From positions 1-64,000 of the forward strand of contig JALTXX010000003.1 of the NCBI GenBank assembly GCA_027046625.1: a stretch of DNA of 64,000 bases, written 5' to 3'. This document shows, one piece after another, positions 49,081 to 58,730 of this stretch; the first letter of the stretch is position 1; every line of letters starts with the position of its first letter. Both the position numbers and the translations under genes were made by a program. The DNA comes from Candidatus Micrarchaeota archaeon (GTDB taxonomy: Archaea; Iainarchaeota; Iainarchaeia; JAADDC01). The notes under the pieces are model-generated. The model worked only from the letters and a program-made list of their open reading frames with translations. It had not been told where the DNA came from and made no database searches.

Positions 49081-50553
49081 TTACTCTATTTTAACTACAC
49101 CCTCTACCATCTCAAGAGCCGCCTTCAACTTTCTCTGACTGTTGGAGTACAATGTAATTATGGTGTCTCCCCTGGAAACAACGCTTCCAACACCTCTTTC
49201 TATCCATATACCCGCTCCCTTGTCCACAGGAGCTCCCAACATCCTACTGAGGAGGGAAATTTTAGAGGGAGATATGTAGGCCACTCTTCCATCTTTCGGA
49301 GAAGAAACACTTTCCCTATACTTTCCCGGTGTTAGATCCTCCCATTTTATGTCAGGATCACCTCCCTGTGCTTCAATTATGCTTCTAAGCTTCTTCTCAG
49401 CCTCGCCACTCTTAAACGTATCCAGGGCCAATTTTCTAGCCTTTACAATAGGAACCTTTTTCAAAAACGCCAGCATCCTGCCTGTTATCTCTATACCCTT
49501 TTCCAAAAGATCCTTTGAGCCGTTTCTTTCATATGTCTGTAGAATGTCTATCGCTTCAAGGACAGGGCCTACACCTCTCCCAATAGGTTTCACACCACTG
49601 GAAATGAACCCTATCACCTTTATACCTAGCATGTCTCCTAGCTTCTTGAAGTGTTCTTCCCATTCCTTTGCCTGGGAAAAGGATTTCACTTTGGCCTCTG
49701 GACCTACGGGAATATCAAGCACCATGTACTTAGACGATACTGCGTATTTCTTGGCCATGATAGATGCCAACACCAACCCGAGAGGATCCAACCTCAACGG
49801 TCTTCTTATCTGGATGAGTTTATCATCTGCAGCCGCAATGTTGGCTCCCCCACCCCACGCTATTACACCACCCACACTTTTTACAATCTCCTCTATTTCC
49901 TCTGCAGTTAGATCCACCCTTGCAAACACCTCCATAGTGTCTGCTGTCCCAGAGGGAGATGTGATGGCCCTGGAGGATGTCTTAGGAACTAAATAGCCTA
50001 GGGATGCCATAATGGGAACATAGAAGAATGTAATCCTATTACCTGGAATGCCTCCAATGCTGTGCTTATCTACCACTTCACCCTCAAGGAACACTCTATT
50101 TCCACTCTCTGCTATGGCAACAGTAAGATCTCTTACCTCCTCTTCTGATAGACCATTAATTTGGCAGGCTGTAACAAAGGCAGATGCCTCTGCGGGGAAG
50201 AGGTATCCGTTTACAACATCCATAATGATGGCCTTTATCTCTTCAGCGGATAGGGTTTCGCCCATAATCTTCTTCCTTATATATTCCACACTGATAGGTG
50301 GTTCCTCGGGGAATACTTCTACCTCTTCCCCATTCCTAACACCTAATATCTCTGCCACATCCTTGAAGACACCCACCTCATCTTCCTCTATAAACGTGTT
50401 GGTGGTGTTGATGATGGTCACAACAGATTTATCATTCTTTGATATGAGAAGCCTTCCATCTGGCCCTTCTCCCATTTTTGACGCAGTCTTTTCATTTAGC
50501 ACAGAAATATATCTATGTGCATCCATGTCAAGGATCTTTACCCTTAGCTTCAC
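49081..50553 (-). CDS. AMP phosphorylase (archaeal thymidine phosphorylase family)
   Basis: DKHSIGGIPGNR, PKTSSRAITSPSGTADTME, GRGVGPVLEA. Confidence 0.95.
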   Translation of the reverse strand: MKLRVKILDMDAHRYISVLNEKTASKMGEGPDGRLLISKNDKSVVTIINTTNTFIEEDEVGVFKDVAEILGVRNGEEVEVFPEEPPISVEYIRKKIMGETLSAEEIKAIIMDVVNGYLFPAEASAFVTACQINGLSEEEVRDLTVAIAESGNRVFLEGEVVDKHSIGGIPGNRITFFYVPIMASLGYLVPKTSSRAITSPSGTADTMEVFARVDLTAEEIEEIVKSVGGVIAWGGGANIAAADDKLIQIRRPLRLDPLGLVLASIMAKKYAVSSKYMVLDIPVGPEAKVKSFSQAKEWEEHFKKLGDMLGIKVIGFISSGVKPIGRGVGPVLEAIDILQTYERNGSKDLLEKGIEITGRMLAFLKKVPIVKARKLALDTFKSGEAEKKLRSIIEAQGGDPDIKWEDLTPGKYRESVSSPKDGRVAYISPSKISLLSRMLGAPVDKGAGIWIERGVGSVVSRGDTIITLYSNSQRKLKAALEMVEGVVKIE

Positions 50554-50585
50554 CTTGAGAGAAAAGGTGGAAGGTTATAAATCCC

Positions 50586-51155
50586 TTGTGGGAACATGTA
50601 GACGTGGTGGTGAAGAAGTATCTCATGGTGAAGGGAAATTTCTTAGATGCTATTCTAAAGGGAAGAAAGAGGATTACAATTAGAAGAAGAACGCGATTAA
50701 AGGCTGGAGATAAGTTTTACATACATTCTATGGGAAAGATATGGGGAATAGGAGAGGTTACAAAGGTGGAAAAAATTATGAAGGATGAGATCGGAGATGA
50801 GATAGCAAAAGAGGAGGGTATGACGCTGGAAGAGCTAAAAAAGTATTTGGATAGGTTTTACGGGAAGAAGAATGTGCCCCTCTATGTCATACATTTTCGT
50901 GTTGCAGAGGTGTTTCCTGAGCCCAAAGATCCAGAAAAAGATGTGTATGGAGGTATGCGACCGGGAAAGATTGCTGCTTTAGCACTAAAATACCTTCACC
51001 TTGATGAGGAAGCCATGAAGATACTGAGGAGGTTGAAGGAGACGGATAGTATAAGAGCGGTTGCCATTGAAATGGGTGGACTAAATAGGAGGAAGAAGGT
51101 GAGGGCAATCTTAAGAAAGGCAGTAGAGATGTTAAAAGAAAAAGGAGTTATTTAG
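50586..51155 (+). CDS. ASCH-domain protein with C-terminal HTH-like extension
   Basis: GRKRITIR, IAKEEG; C-terminal SIRAVAIEMGG. Confidence 0.85.
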   Translation: MWEHVDVVVKKYLMVKGNFLDAILKGRKRITIRRRTRLKAGDKFYIHSMGKIWGIGEVTKVEKIMKDEIGDEIAKEEGMTLEELKKYLDRFYGKKNVPLYVIHFRVAEVFPEPKDPEKDVYGGMRPGKIAALALKYLHLDEEAMKILRRLKETDSIRAVAIEMGGLNRRKKVRAILRKAVEMLKEKGVI

Positions 51156-51588
51156 ACTTTCTCTTCCTGCCCCTTCTGGTCTTCTTTTCCTCTTCTTCTT
51201 TTACCTCTATGGTTCCTGTAAACTCCAACAGCTTACCTGTCTGGTAGAGGAGGAGTGAGACAACCAGAACAAATACCCAAAATACCCACACACCAGATTT
51301 ATATGCAAGTACTGCGAACTTATCAAAGTAGTCCACTCCTGTAGGGAAGGGGTACACACCGGCTGCTACCGCCTTTACGGAGCAAAGCAGATACTCATTC
51401 GTGCTGTTATAGTTTTTCAGGCACGTTTTCACATCTTTTATCTTATCCCAAGACACTACCAAATCCATGGTGGCTCCAAGGAAGAACAGTACAGACATGA
51501 GTGCCAGTAGCAGGCCAAGGAGTTTTGGCACCACCACATACCGCTTTCCTATCCTAAGTATCATACACTGTATGAAGAACTTTCTCAT
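51148..51588 (-). CDS. Hypothetical two-TM membrane protein
   Basis: Two hydrophobic segments and a basic tail. Confidence 0.6.
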   Translation of the reverse strand: MRKFFIQCMILRIGKRYVVVPKLLGLLLALMSVLFFLGATMDLVVSWDKIKDVKTCLKNYNSTNEYLLCSVKAVAAGVYPFPTGVDYFDKFAVLAYKSGVWVFWVFVLVVSLLLYQTGKLLEFTGTIEVKEEEEKKTRRGRKRKSK

Positions 51589-51596
51589 ATTTAAAT

Positions 51597-52562
51597 GTGG
51601 CGTCCCAACATTTTCACATGATATATTTCCTATCCTTCATACTTACCTTTCTTCTTATCAAGTACTGGATAGAGCTTGCAAAACAAAGAGGACTTGTAGG
51701 AAGGGACATGAATAAGTTTGAGGAGGTATATGTAGCAGAGGGTGGGGGAGTTCCCTTTCTTATGGGGACAATACCTGTAATTATCCTATTATCTCTCTTT
51801 TACCCGGAAAAATCCCTGGAAATTCTTGCTATTTCATCCTCCATTCTTTTGCTTGGGATGATAGGTTTTGTGGATGACGTTCTGGGATGGAAGAAGGGTC
51901 TTCCCCAATGGGTAAAGCCAGTGCTAACTATATTGGCAGCCTTACCTATCTCCGTGGTTGTGTATATGAGGGGTTTGTCCGGCCTTTCATTGGATCCTTT
52001 TATCTATGCATGGATAGCGGTACCAATAGGTATTGTGGGTGCATCCAATGGATTTAACATGCTGGCAGGCTTCAATGGGCTGGAAGGAGGGCTGGCACTA
52101 ATTATATTATCAACCCTTGGTGTGAAGGCGTTTATGGAAGGAAATCTTTGGCTTTTTGATATAATTTTAGTGTTTATTGCAGCATTGCTAGCATTCCTAT
52201 ACTATAACTGGTATCCCGCTCGGATATTCCCAGGAGATAGCTTTACATACGCAATAGGAGGACTTATTGCTTCCATTACCATCTTTGGTGGAATGGAAGT
52301 AATAGGTGTTGCACTCTATACATTGTTTATCTTAAAACTCATATTATTCCTAAGAGCAAGGTTTTTGGACAAGAAGAAAAAGGTAGAAGCCTTTGGAATA
52401 CCACAGAGGGATGGTACCTTGAAAAAACCTTACGACAAATGGTATGATACCACTCACATTGCTATGGACATATTAGGAAAACATTCAACGGAGCGTAATG
52501 TGGTGCTTTTGATACTAACGGCTCAGTTAATAATATCTACGCTGGTATTGTTGGTAATGTGA
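51597..52562 (+). CDS. UDP-GlcNAc:polyprenyl-P GlcNAc-1-P transferase (AglH/TagO/MraY family)
   Basis: GFVDDVL, NMLAGFNGLE, YNWYPARIFPGDS. Confidence 0.92.
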   Translation: MASQHFHMIYFLSFILTFLLIKYWIELAKQRGLVGRDMNKFEEVYVAEGGGVPFLMGTIPVIILLSLFYPEKSLEILAISSSILLLGMIGFVDDVLGWKKGLPQWVKPVLTILAALPISVVVYMRGLSGLSLDPFIYAWIAVPIGIVGASNGFNMLAGFNGLEGGLALIILSTLGVKAFMEGNLWLFDIILVFIAALLAFLYYNWYPARIFPGDSFTYAIGGLIASITIFGGMEVIGVALYTLFILKLILFLRARFLDKKKKVEAFGIPQRDGTLKKPYDKWYDTTHIAMDILGKHSTERNVVLLILTAQLIISTLVLLVM

Positions 52563-53923
52563 GGCGCCTAGCAAGGATTTCTGCCATATTGGTAGTTACC
52601 TTCCTCCTTTCCTACGCAGCTCTTTATATCTTTCGAATAGCAGCGGGTAGAATCCTTCAACCAGAGGATTTTGGTTACTTTATGTTCCTCTGGGGTACAT
52701 CTGGAGTATTAGCCTCCTTGTCTATTTTGGGGATGGAAACAGGGGCTGCGAGGGAAATAGCAAGAAGAATAGCAGAGGGACATACGTATAAGGACATTGT
52801 AGGAGCTGCTACATTAGCTTCTATCCTATTTTCGGTGTTTCTATCCCTGCTAACAGGTATTCAAGAGCTACTGATTATAGTACCCTTCTACGCTCTTTTC
52901 CTCCTCTATACAGGCATACTAAGAGGATCGGGGAGATTCCGTGAAAGGGCGTTAGCAGACGTTGTAAGGGCTGCGGTTCTCCTCATTTCTTCCCTGTATG
53001 TTATCTACAATCCATCCCTTTATGTGGCTGTACTACTTTTCTCCCTCTCCTTTATCTTCCCCCTTCTTTTGGAGATTCTTGTAGAGCCCCCCGGAATCCC
53101 CTCTCTGCGAACTGTTATAGAAATTGTTAGATCTTCGATTTCCTATCTTCTCATGAGTGTTTCCTTCAGAATTATGCAGTGGACAGATCTGATATTGGTA
53201 AACGTGTTGCTTGGTAGTCTAAAGACGGCCATCTACGGAGCGGCATCCACGGTAGTAGGAATATTTGCCGTTATATACAATGTGGCCGGTTATGTTTCCC
53301 TACAGAGGCTTACCATATACTATGAGAAGGGGATGCTAAAGGATATGTTCGAGTTCTTTAGGAGGGTAAATAAATGGGTACTTCTCGTATCCCTGCCGCT
53401 GATTCTTTTGCTACTCATATATCCTTCCACCGTTATAGAGATGTTGTTTGGGAGGTATGGAGAAGGAGGCACAGCACTCATTATACTGTCTCTTTCTCTC
53501 CTTGTTCAACAGCTTGGAGGCATTCTGGGAACGCTTTATACTGCTGTTGGAAGGCCAGATATGTGGAACAGGGCAGCCATCATAGCGGCAATCCTAAATG
53601 TGGTTCTAAATATGGTGTTTATACCTATCTGGGGTTTGGTGGGGGCAGCCATTGCTACAGGTATAAGTATCGCTCTTAGAACGTTGCTGGCGGTGCTGGG
53701 TATATACAACATGTGGAAGGAACTTCCTCTTGATAAGGGAAGTCTTTTTGTGATAATATCCTTTATCCTTACAGTTGTGGCAGATAGAACATTTCTATCC
53801 CCCTTTCCACCTCTTCAGGAGGCTATAATATCGCTCCTCTTGTACGGAGTGTTGCTGGTTGTTTTAAGGGCTTTTGATAGGGAAGATATTAGAATAGCGA
53901 GGGAGTTGATCCATGGAAGGTGA
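52559..53923 (+). CDS. Wzx/AglR-type glycan flippase
   Basis: RILQPEDFG, DLILV..GIYGAA-like, IPIWGLVGAAIAT; many TMs. Confidence 0.88.
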   Translation: MRRLARISAILVVTFLLSYAALYIFRIAAGRILQPEDFGYFMFLWGTSGVLASLSILGMETGAAREIARRIAEGHTYKDIVGAATLASILFSVFLSLLTGIQELLIIVPFYALFLLYTGILRGSGRFRERALADVVRAAVLLISSLYVIYNPSLYVAVLLFSLSFIFPLLLEILVEPPGIPSLRTVIEIVRSSISYLLMSVSFRIMQWTDLILVNVLLGSLKTAIYGAASTVVGIFAVIYNVAGYVSLQRLTIYYEKGMLKDMFEFFRRVNKWVLLVSLPLILLLLIYPSTVIEMLFGRYGEGGTALIILSLSLLVQQLGGILGTLYTAVGRPDMWNRAAIIAAILNVVLNMVFIPIWGLVGAAIATGISIALRTLLAVLGIYNMWKELPLDKGSLFVIISFILTVVADRTFLSPFPPLQEAIISLLLYGVLLVVLRAFDREDIRIARELIHGR

Positions 53924-54647
53924 ATGTAAACTATGTGGTATAACGTTTAGAACTAGGAAGGAGGATGTAATAAGGATCCCAAAGGACTACATCCCTCTCT
54001 ATACTATAAGCCTTGATCACATGTGGTGGATTCTTAGATGGGATGTATATAAGGATGCCATTAGTAGGGGGGTATGTACGGCAGACGGCACATGGATAAA
54101 ACGGCTGATCCAGCTGAAATGTGGTAAGAGGGTTGATAGACTAGCTGGAAGCAGAATAATATATGATTTTCTCTCCCTTGCAAAGGAAAACGAACTAAGA
54201 GTAGCCTTTGTGGGCGGTACTCAAGAGGTCTTGAGAGAGGCCTCAGAGCGTATAAAGAGGGAGTATGGGCTGGAAGTATACACAATGGATCCGGGATTGA
54301 TATCATATCCGTTTCACGAAGTAACCATAGAAAATGTTTTGTCGTTTGTGGAAGATAAAGAGCCCCACTTTGTGTTCTTTGCTTTGGGAGGTGCTCCTAA
54401 ACAAGAGTTATTTATGGATAGTTTAAATGATGGGTTAAAAGACAGAGGGGTACTCCTTTCTATGGGTATTGGAGGAACATTGGATATGATTGCAGGAAGA
54501 ATCAAACTTGCACCAAAATGGGTATCAGATATAGGGTTAGAGTGGTTATGGAGGGGTATGGAAGGATTTCACAGACTTACAAAGATAAGAAGGGGATATA
54601 CGGCGCTATTTAGAGTATTACTAAGGCTCTTAAGGGGTAAGTGTTGA
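53913..54647 (+). CDS. WecB/TagA/CpsF-family glycosyltransferase (GT26)
   Basis: TADG, RLAGS, LGGAPKQE, GIGGTLD, APKW...GLEWLWR. Confidence 0.92.
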   Translation: MEGECKLCGITFRTRKEDVIRIPKDYIPLYTISLDHMWWILRWDVYKDAISRGVCTADGTWIKRLIQLKCGKRVDRLAGSRIIYDFLSLAKENELRVAFVGGTQEVLREASERIKREYGLEVYTMDPGLISYPFHEVTIENVLSFVEDKEPHFVFFALGGAPKQELFMDSLNDGLKDRGVLLSMGIGGTLDMIAGRIKLAPKWVSDIGLEWLWRGMEGFHRLTKIRRGYTALFRVLLRLLRGKC

Positions 54648-55670
54648 GTATATCTCTTCTAACATATCAACATGTTTTTCCCATGTTAGGGGAGTTACAT
54701 CGCATAAGCAAGGGGAGGATTGAAGGATTAGGTTCGCCGCTTCCTCTATCGAATCGAACAGCTTTACACACCTACAATATCTTTTTATAGTTCTCGGCCC
54801 GGGACTGTCCTTTACGATGGGTACAAGGCCTCTCGCAAGCGCTTCTACTACTACGATTCCAGACGCCTCATATGGGGATGGCAGAAGCAGGAAATCGTGC
54901 TCATCCAACACCTTCCACTTTTCTTCTCCATAAACTGGTCCTCTAAAGGTTACCCGTTTTTCAACACCTAATCTTGTTGCTAACCCTCTCAAATGATCCC
55001 TATATCCAGAAATTGCCTCGGGGCCCACAATACTGAGTGTGTATTCCTTTGGAAGTAACGCAAGTATTCTAATGGTATCGTCTACGCCCTTAAGAGGATC
55101 CAGCCTACCAAGATATAGGATTTTTGTGCCATACTTCTCCCTTTGTTTTATATTCTCAGCGCTTACGTTCGCAGTAGGCAATACAATTCCTTTGAAAAAG
55201 AAACGCTCCTCATCGTTTGTCATTATTATATAATCCATGAGCCTCCAATACCACCCCACTGATAGGTCAAATATTTTAACAAACACCCTTTCTATCCCCT
55301 TTCTAGGATGAAAGGGAGAATGAGTCGTCATTATCACCTTTCTTCCTCCTAGTTTTAGTAAAAGAGAAAGAATGGTGTGAGGGTGACGAAATCCATGCAC
55401 ATGGATAATATCGAAATGTTTTGCGACTTGTAGAAAACCTGGCCAAAATCTTGCAAACCTACCCATTCTTAATATTGCGGGAAATCTATACACAGGAATG
55501 CCATCTATGGTTTCTCTTTGGGGAAGAGGTTTTCCATGCGCATTCTCTGCTACTGTTAAAACTGCCACTTCATGCCCCCTTCTTTTTAGCTCTTTCACAA
55601 CGTGATATACATATAGCTCCACCCCACCTGTTTGGGGCAGGAAAAATGGGGTTACATGGACAATGCGCAT
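54630..55670 (-). CDS. GT4 glycosyltransferase
   Basis: PQTGGVE, LGRLDPLKG, EASGIVVVEALARG. Confidence 0.92.
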   Translation of the reverse strand: MRIVHVTPFFLPQTGGVELYVYHVVKELKRRGHEVAVLTVAENAHGKPLPQRETIDGIPVYRFPAILRMGRFARFWPGFLQVAKHFDIIHVHGFRHPHTILSLLLKLGGRKVIMTTHSPFHPRKGIERVFVKIFDLSVGWYWRLMDYIIMTNDEERFFFKGIVLPTANVSAENIKQREKYGTKILYLGRLDPLKGVDDTIRILALLPKEYTLSIVGPEAISGYRDHLRGLATRLGVEKRVTFRGPVYGEEKWKVLDEHDFLLLPSPYEASGIVVVEALARGLVPIVKDSPGPRTIKRYCRCVKLFDSIEEAANLILQSSPCLCDVTPLTWEKHVDMLEEIYSTLTP

Positions 55671-55689
55671 GTAGAATAAAGAATATCAG

Positions 55690-56463
55690 GTGTATATAAT
55701 GGGTAGGGTAGTGTTGTTTAGAGGAGCCTTTGGGTGGAACAACCTAGGAGATGATATTTATGAACAAATTATACGCTCTGATATGAAAAACAAAGCAGAC
55801 CTAATATTAATAGGAAAAAAGTACTATCTAAGTCCTCGTATACTTCTCTATATATGGAAGGCCGATCTCGTGGTGTTGGGGCCTGGTGGGGTGTTTGATG
55901 GAAGACCAGAACGGTTCCTGTCGGATTTGTACATAATATTATTTACCCTGATTTCTAAGATGTTTCGGAAGAGAACTATAGCCTATTGTGTTCAAATACC
56001 AACAAACGGGCTATACACTCGTGTTATAACAAGAATATGGTTGGGGTTACTTGATGCAGTGTATGTAAGGTTCAAGAAGAACCAGGAGGAGGCCTCTTCT
56101 GTTTACAATTATCCATTTCGTCTCTGTGTGGATATAGCGGCTATACTTATGAACAGAATAAGACAGACAGACCCAAGAATTGACACTTTCATAGAATCTG
56201 TATATGTGGTTTCTACCAAAGGGAAACCTTGGAATATTGACGAGATAAAGAATGTTATGAAAATGATTAGAATGGCAAAAGAGGTAAAGGTGGATAGATT
56301 GCATACACTCATGCTGGCGTTGCTTGCTGGGGCCAGGAAAATTAGGGTGATGCCCTATCACTGGAAAATGCTATACTTAATACACGACTATACTGAGAGG
56401 CAGGATGATTATAAACGGGTTGATGATAGATGGGTTGAAGAAATATTATCGCACCTTCCCTGA
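55690..56463 (+). CDS. Polysaccharide pyruvyl transferase-like protein
   Basis: GAFGWNNLGDD, LGPGGVF, VYVR, DRLHTLMLA. Confidence 0.75.
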   Translation: MYIMGRVVLFRGAFGWNNLGDDIYEQIIRSDMKNKADLILIGKKYYLSPRILLYIWKADLVVLGPGGVFDGRPERFLSDLYIILFTLISKMFRKRTIAYCVQIPTNGLYTRVITRIWLGLLDAVYVRFKKNQEEASSVYNYPFRLCVDIAAILMNRIRQTDPRIDTFIESVYVVSTKGKPWNIDEIKNVMKMIRMAKEVKVDRLHTLMLALLAGARKIRVMPYHWKMLYLIHDYTERQDDYKRVDDRWVEEILSHLP

Positions 56464-58326
56464 TATGTTTTTGTCAGCAACTACGGGGTATCCATCAACT
56501 GTGGGAATGTAGGCTGTTACCTTTGTGCCTCTAACTTCCATATTATCCACAGGTATGAATAGAACGGCCCTTCCCTTTATGTCCATACTTTTTTCTATTA
56601 TACCCTTGTACCTGTTACTTCCTTCTTCTATTACGAGCAGGTATCCTCCTTCAGAGAGGGGCTCCACATGCTTTACAACCCCGGTTCTCATGTTGGAGGA
56701 TAGTACATCCTCTATGGTTACTTCCTCTTTCTTCTCTGAGAACATACCTCTCCATTTGGATGTGTCTATGCGTGTAAATAACTTTCCTACTGGGGAGGCT
56801 GCTTCTATCCTAGGGTTATAAACCTCCTCCCAAGATAATTTTACCCCCAATGCTTGTAATACTCTTTCCATACTCCTTGGTAATATTGGAAGAAGCGACA
56901 GCGCCAGAACTTTCACATAGTACAGAGCTGTAATAAGCTCTTTTGATGGGTCCTCCTTTTTCCACGGTTCTGTTTTATTCAGAAATGCATTTCCCTCTGA
57001 GGCTAGCCTGTTTATAAGTGATACAACCTTTGAAAAACCTATAAAGCTCATATAAGCATCCTCTATCTCCTTTACGAAGTTCCTTACCTTGTTCACCTCT
57101 TCCGGATACGGATCTTCTCCCATGTTTATAGGTTTTCTGGCAGAGAGGGACAAAACTCTATGTATAAAGTTGGATATATTATCTACCAGCTCCTTGTTTA
57201 TCTTTTCCTCCATAACGTCCCAGGAAAACTCTGTGTCCTTCTGGGATGGATATAGAGCAGCTAGAAGATATCTCCAGTATTCTACATCCAATAGTTCCAG
57301 TGCATTCTCAAGGTTTAGGCCCACTCCTCTGCTCTTGGAGAACTTTACACCTTTAGCTGTTAGGAACTGAGAGGCAGCCACTATATCCACTAGCTTCCAG
57401 TTGTTTGAGCCTATTAGCATTGCAGGGAAGAGTATGGTGTGGAAGTAAACATTATCCTTCCCCATATACTGAATATAGAACACATCCTCCGCTTGGGGAA
57501 GCTTCCACCACGTATCCCACTCCTCTGTAAACTCCTTGGTTATACCTATATAACCAATGGGAGCGTCAAACCATACATAGAACACCTGATCCTTATATTC
57601 TTCAAGAGGGACAGGAAAGCCAAAGTTTAGGTGTCTGGTAATAGATCTAGGCTTCAGGTTATCAAGGTACCATTTTGTGGTGTTTACAACATACTCTGGC
57701 CATTTGTCCTTTCTCTCCTCAAAGAAAGCTTCAAGTTCCTTCTTAAGTTTTGGTACATCAAAAACCAACTGTTTTATATGTGTAAATTCTATATCATGGG
57801 ATCCGCAATATACACAGCGGGGTTTTATAAGCTGATCTGGAGTTAATACAGCACCGCAGTCGTCGCACTGGTCTCCCCTTGCCAGTCCTCCGCAGTGGGG
57901 GCACGTACCTTCTATCCATCTGTCTGCCAATACCCTTCCACAGGAGTTACATCTTGGCATTACCACTATCTCTTCTTTTATGTATCCCCTCTCCCACAGA
58001 CGATGGAAGATTTCATATGTAAGTTCCCTATTGTGGGGGGAATCTGTGTGTCCCCAATAGTCCACCGATATCAACCACTTCTCCATAAGCTCCTTTATCC
58101 TTCTATGGTTTTCGTATGCCATTTCTCTTACGTCTCTCCCCTCTCTATGTGCAGCTACCTCTAGGGGAGACCCGTGCATGTCAGAGCCGCAGATAAAAAG
58201 CACTTTCTCTCCCTTCAAGCGCAGAAATCTTGCCATCACATCTGCAGGAAATATACTGCCCACGAAGTTACCTAGGTGTGGTATGCCATGAACGTAGGGA
58301 AGAGCTGAGGTTATGAGGTACCTCAT
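56446..58326 (-). CDS. metG: Methionine--tRNA ligase
   Basis: TSALPYV..PHLGN, zinc knuckles, YVWFDAPIGY, KFSKS. Confidence 0.97.
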   Translation of the reverse strand: MRYLITSALPYVHGIPHLGNFVGSIFPADVMARFLRLKGEKVLFICGSDMHGSPLEVAAHREGRDVREMAYENHRRIKELMEKWLISVDYWGHTDSPHNRELTYEIFHRLWERGYIKEEIVVMPRCNSCGRVLADRWIEGTCPHCGGLARGDQCDDCGAVLTPDQLIKPRCVYCGSHDIEFTHIKQLVFDVPKLKKELEAFFEERKDKWPEYVVNTTKWYLDNLKPRSITRHLNFGFPVPLEEYKDQVFYVWFDAPIGYIGITKEFTEEWDTWWKLPQAEDVFYIQYMGKDNVYFHTILFPAMLIGSNNWKLVDIVAASQFLTAKGVKFSKSRGVGLNLENALELLDVEYWRYLLAALYPSQKDTEFSWDVMEEKINKELVDNISNFIHRVLSLSARKPINMGEDPYPEEVNKVRNFVKEIEDAYMSFIGFSKVVSLINRLASEGNAFLNKTEPWKKEDPSKELITALYYVKVLALSLLPILPRSMERVLQALGVKLSWEEVYNPRIEAASPVGKLFTRIDTSKWRGMFSEKKEEVTIEDVLSSNMRTGVVKHVEPLSEGGYLLVIEEGSNRYKGIIEKSMDIKGRAVLFIPVDNMEVRGTKVTAYIPTVDGYPVVADKNISGKVR

Positions 58327-58379
58327 GTTAGGAGGATGAGGGTAGGAACCCTTAAGAAGTATGGCTACACAATGTTAAC

Positions 58380-58658
58380 ATGAAACCCTTCGAGTGTGAT
58401 AAACGTATCAGAAGGGTGCTGCCCCACATAAAAAGGGCTGTCATCCAAGAGCTGTACAGGATGGGCTATAAGGTGAAGGATATAGCAAAACTTATGGGTA
58501 TGACCCCGGCCGCGGTTTCTCAATACATACATGGTAAGAGAGGTAAGGATATTCCTGTGGAGGGTATCAAGGAGCTGGTAAAAAAGATGGAGGAAGGTAC
58601 TATTACCCAGGAAGATGTGTGTAGGGTGTGTGATGCGTTGGCAGGTAAAGTATCCTAA
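58380..58658 (+). CDS. Small HTH transcriptional regulator
   Basis: DIAKLMGMTPAAVSQYIHGKRG; C-terminal CxxC. Confidence 0.85.
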   Translation: MKPFECDKRIRRVLPHIKRAVIQELYRMGYKVKDIAKLMGMTPAAVSQYIHGKRGKDIPVEGIKELVKKMEEGTITQEDVCRVCDALAGKVS

Positions 58659-58730
58659 CATGTTATGTATCATTAAGGATGCAAAGCAAACAACACCTTC
58701 ATATAGGTTGGAGGGATAATACCCCATACT

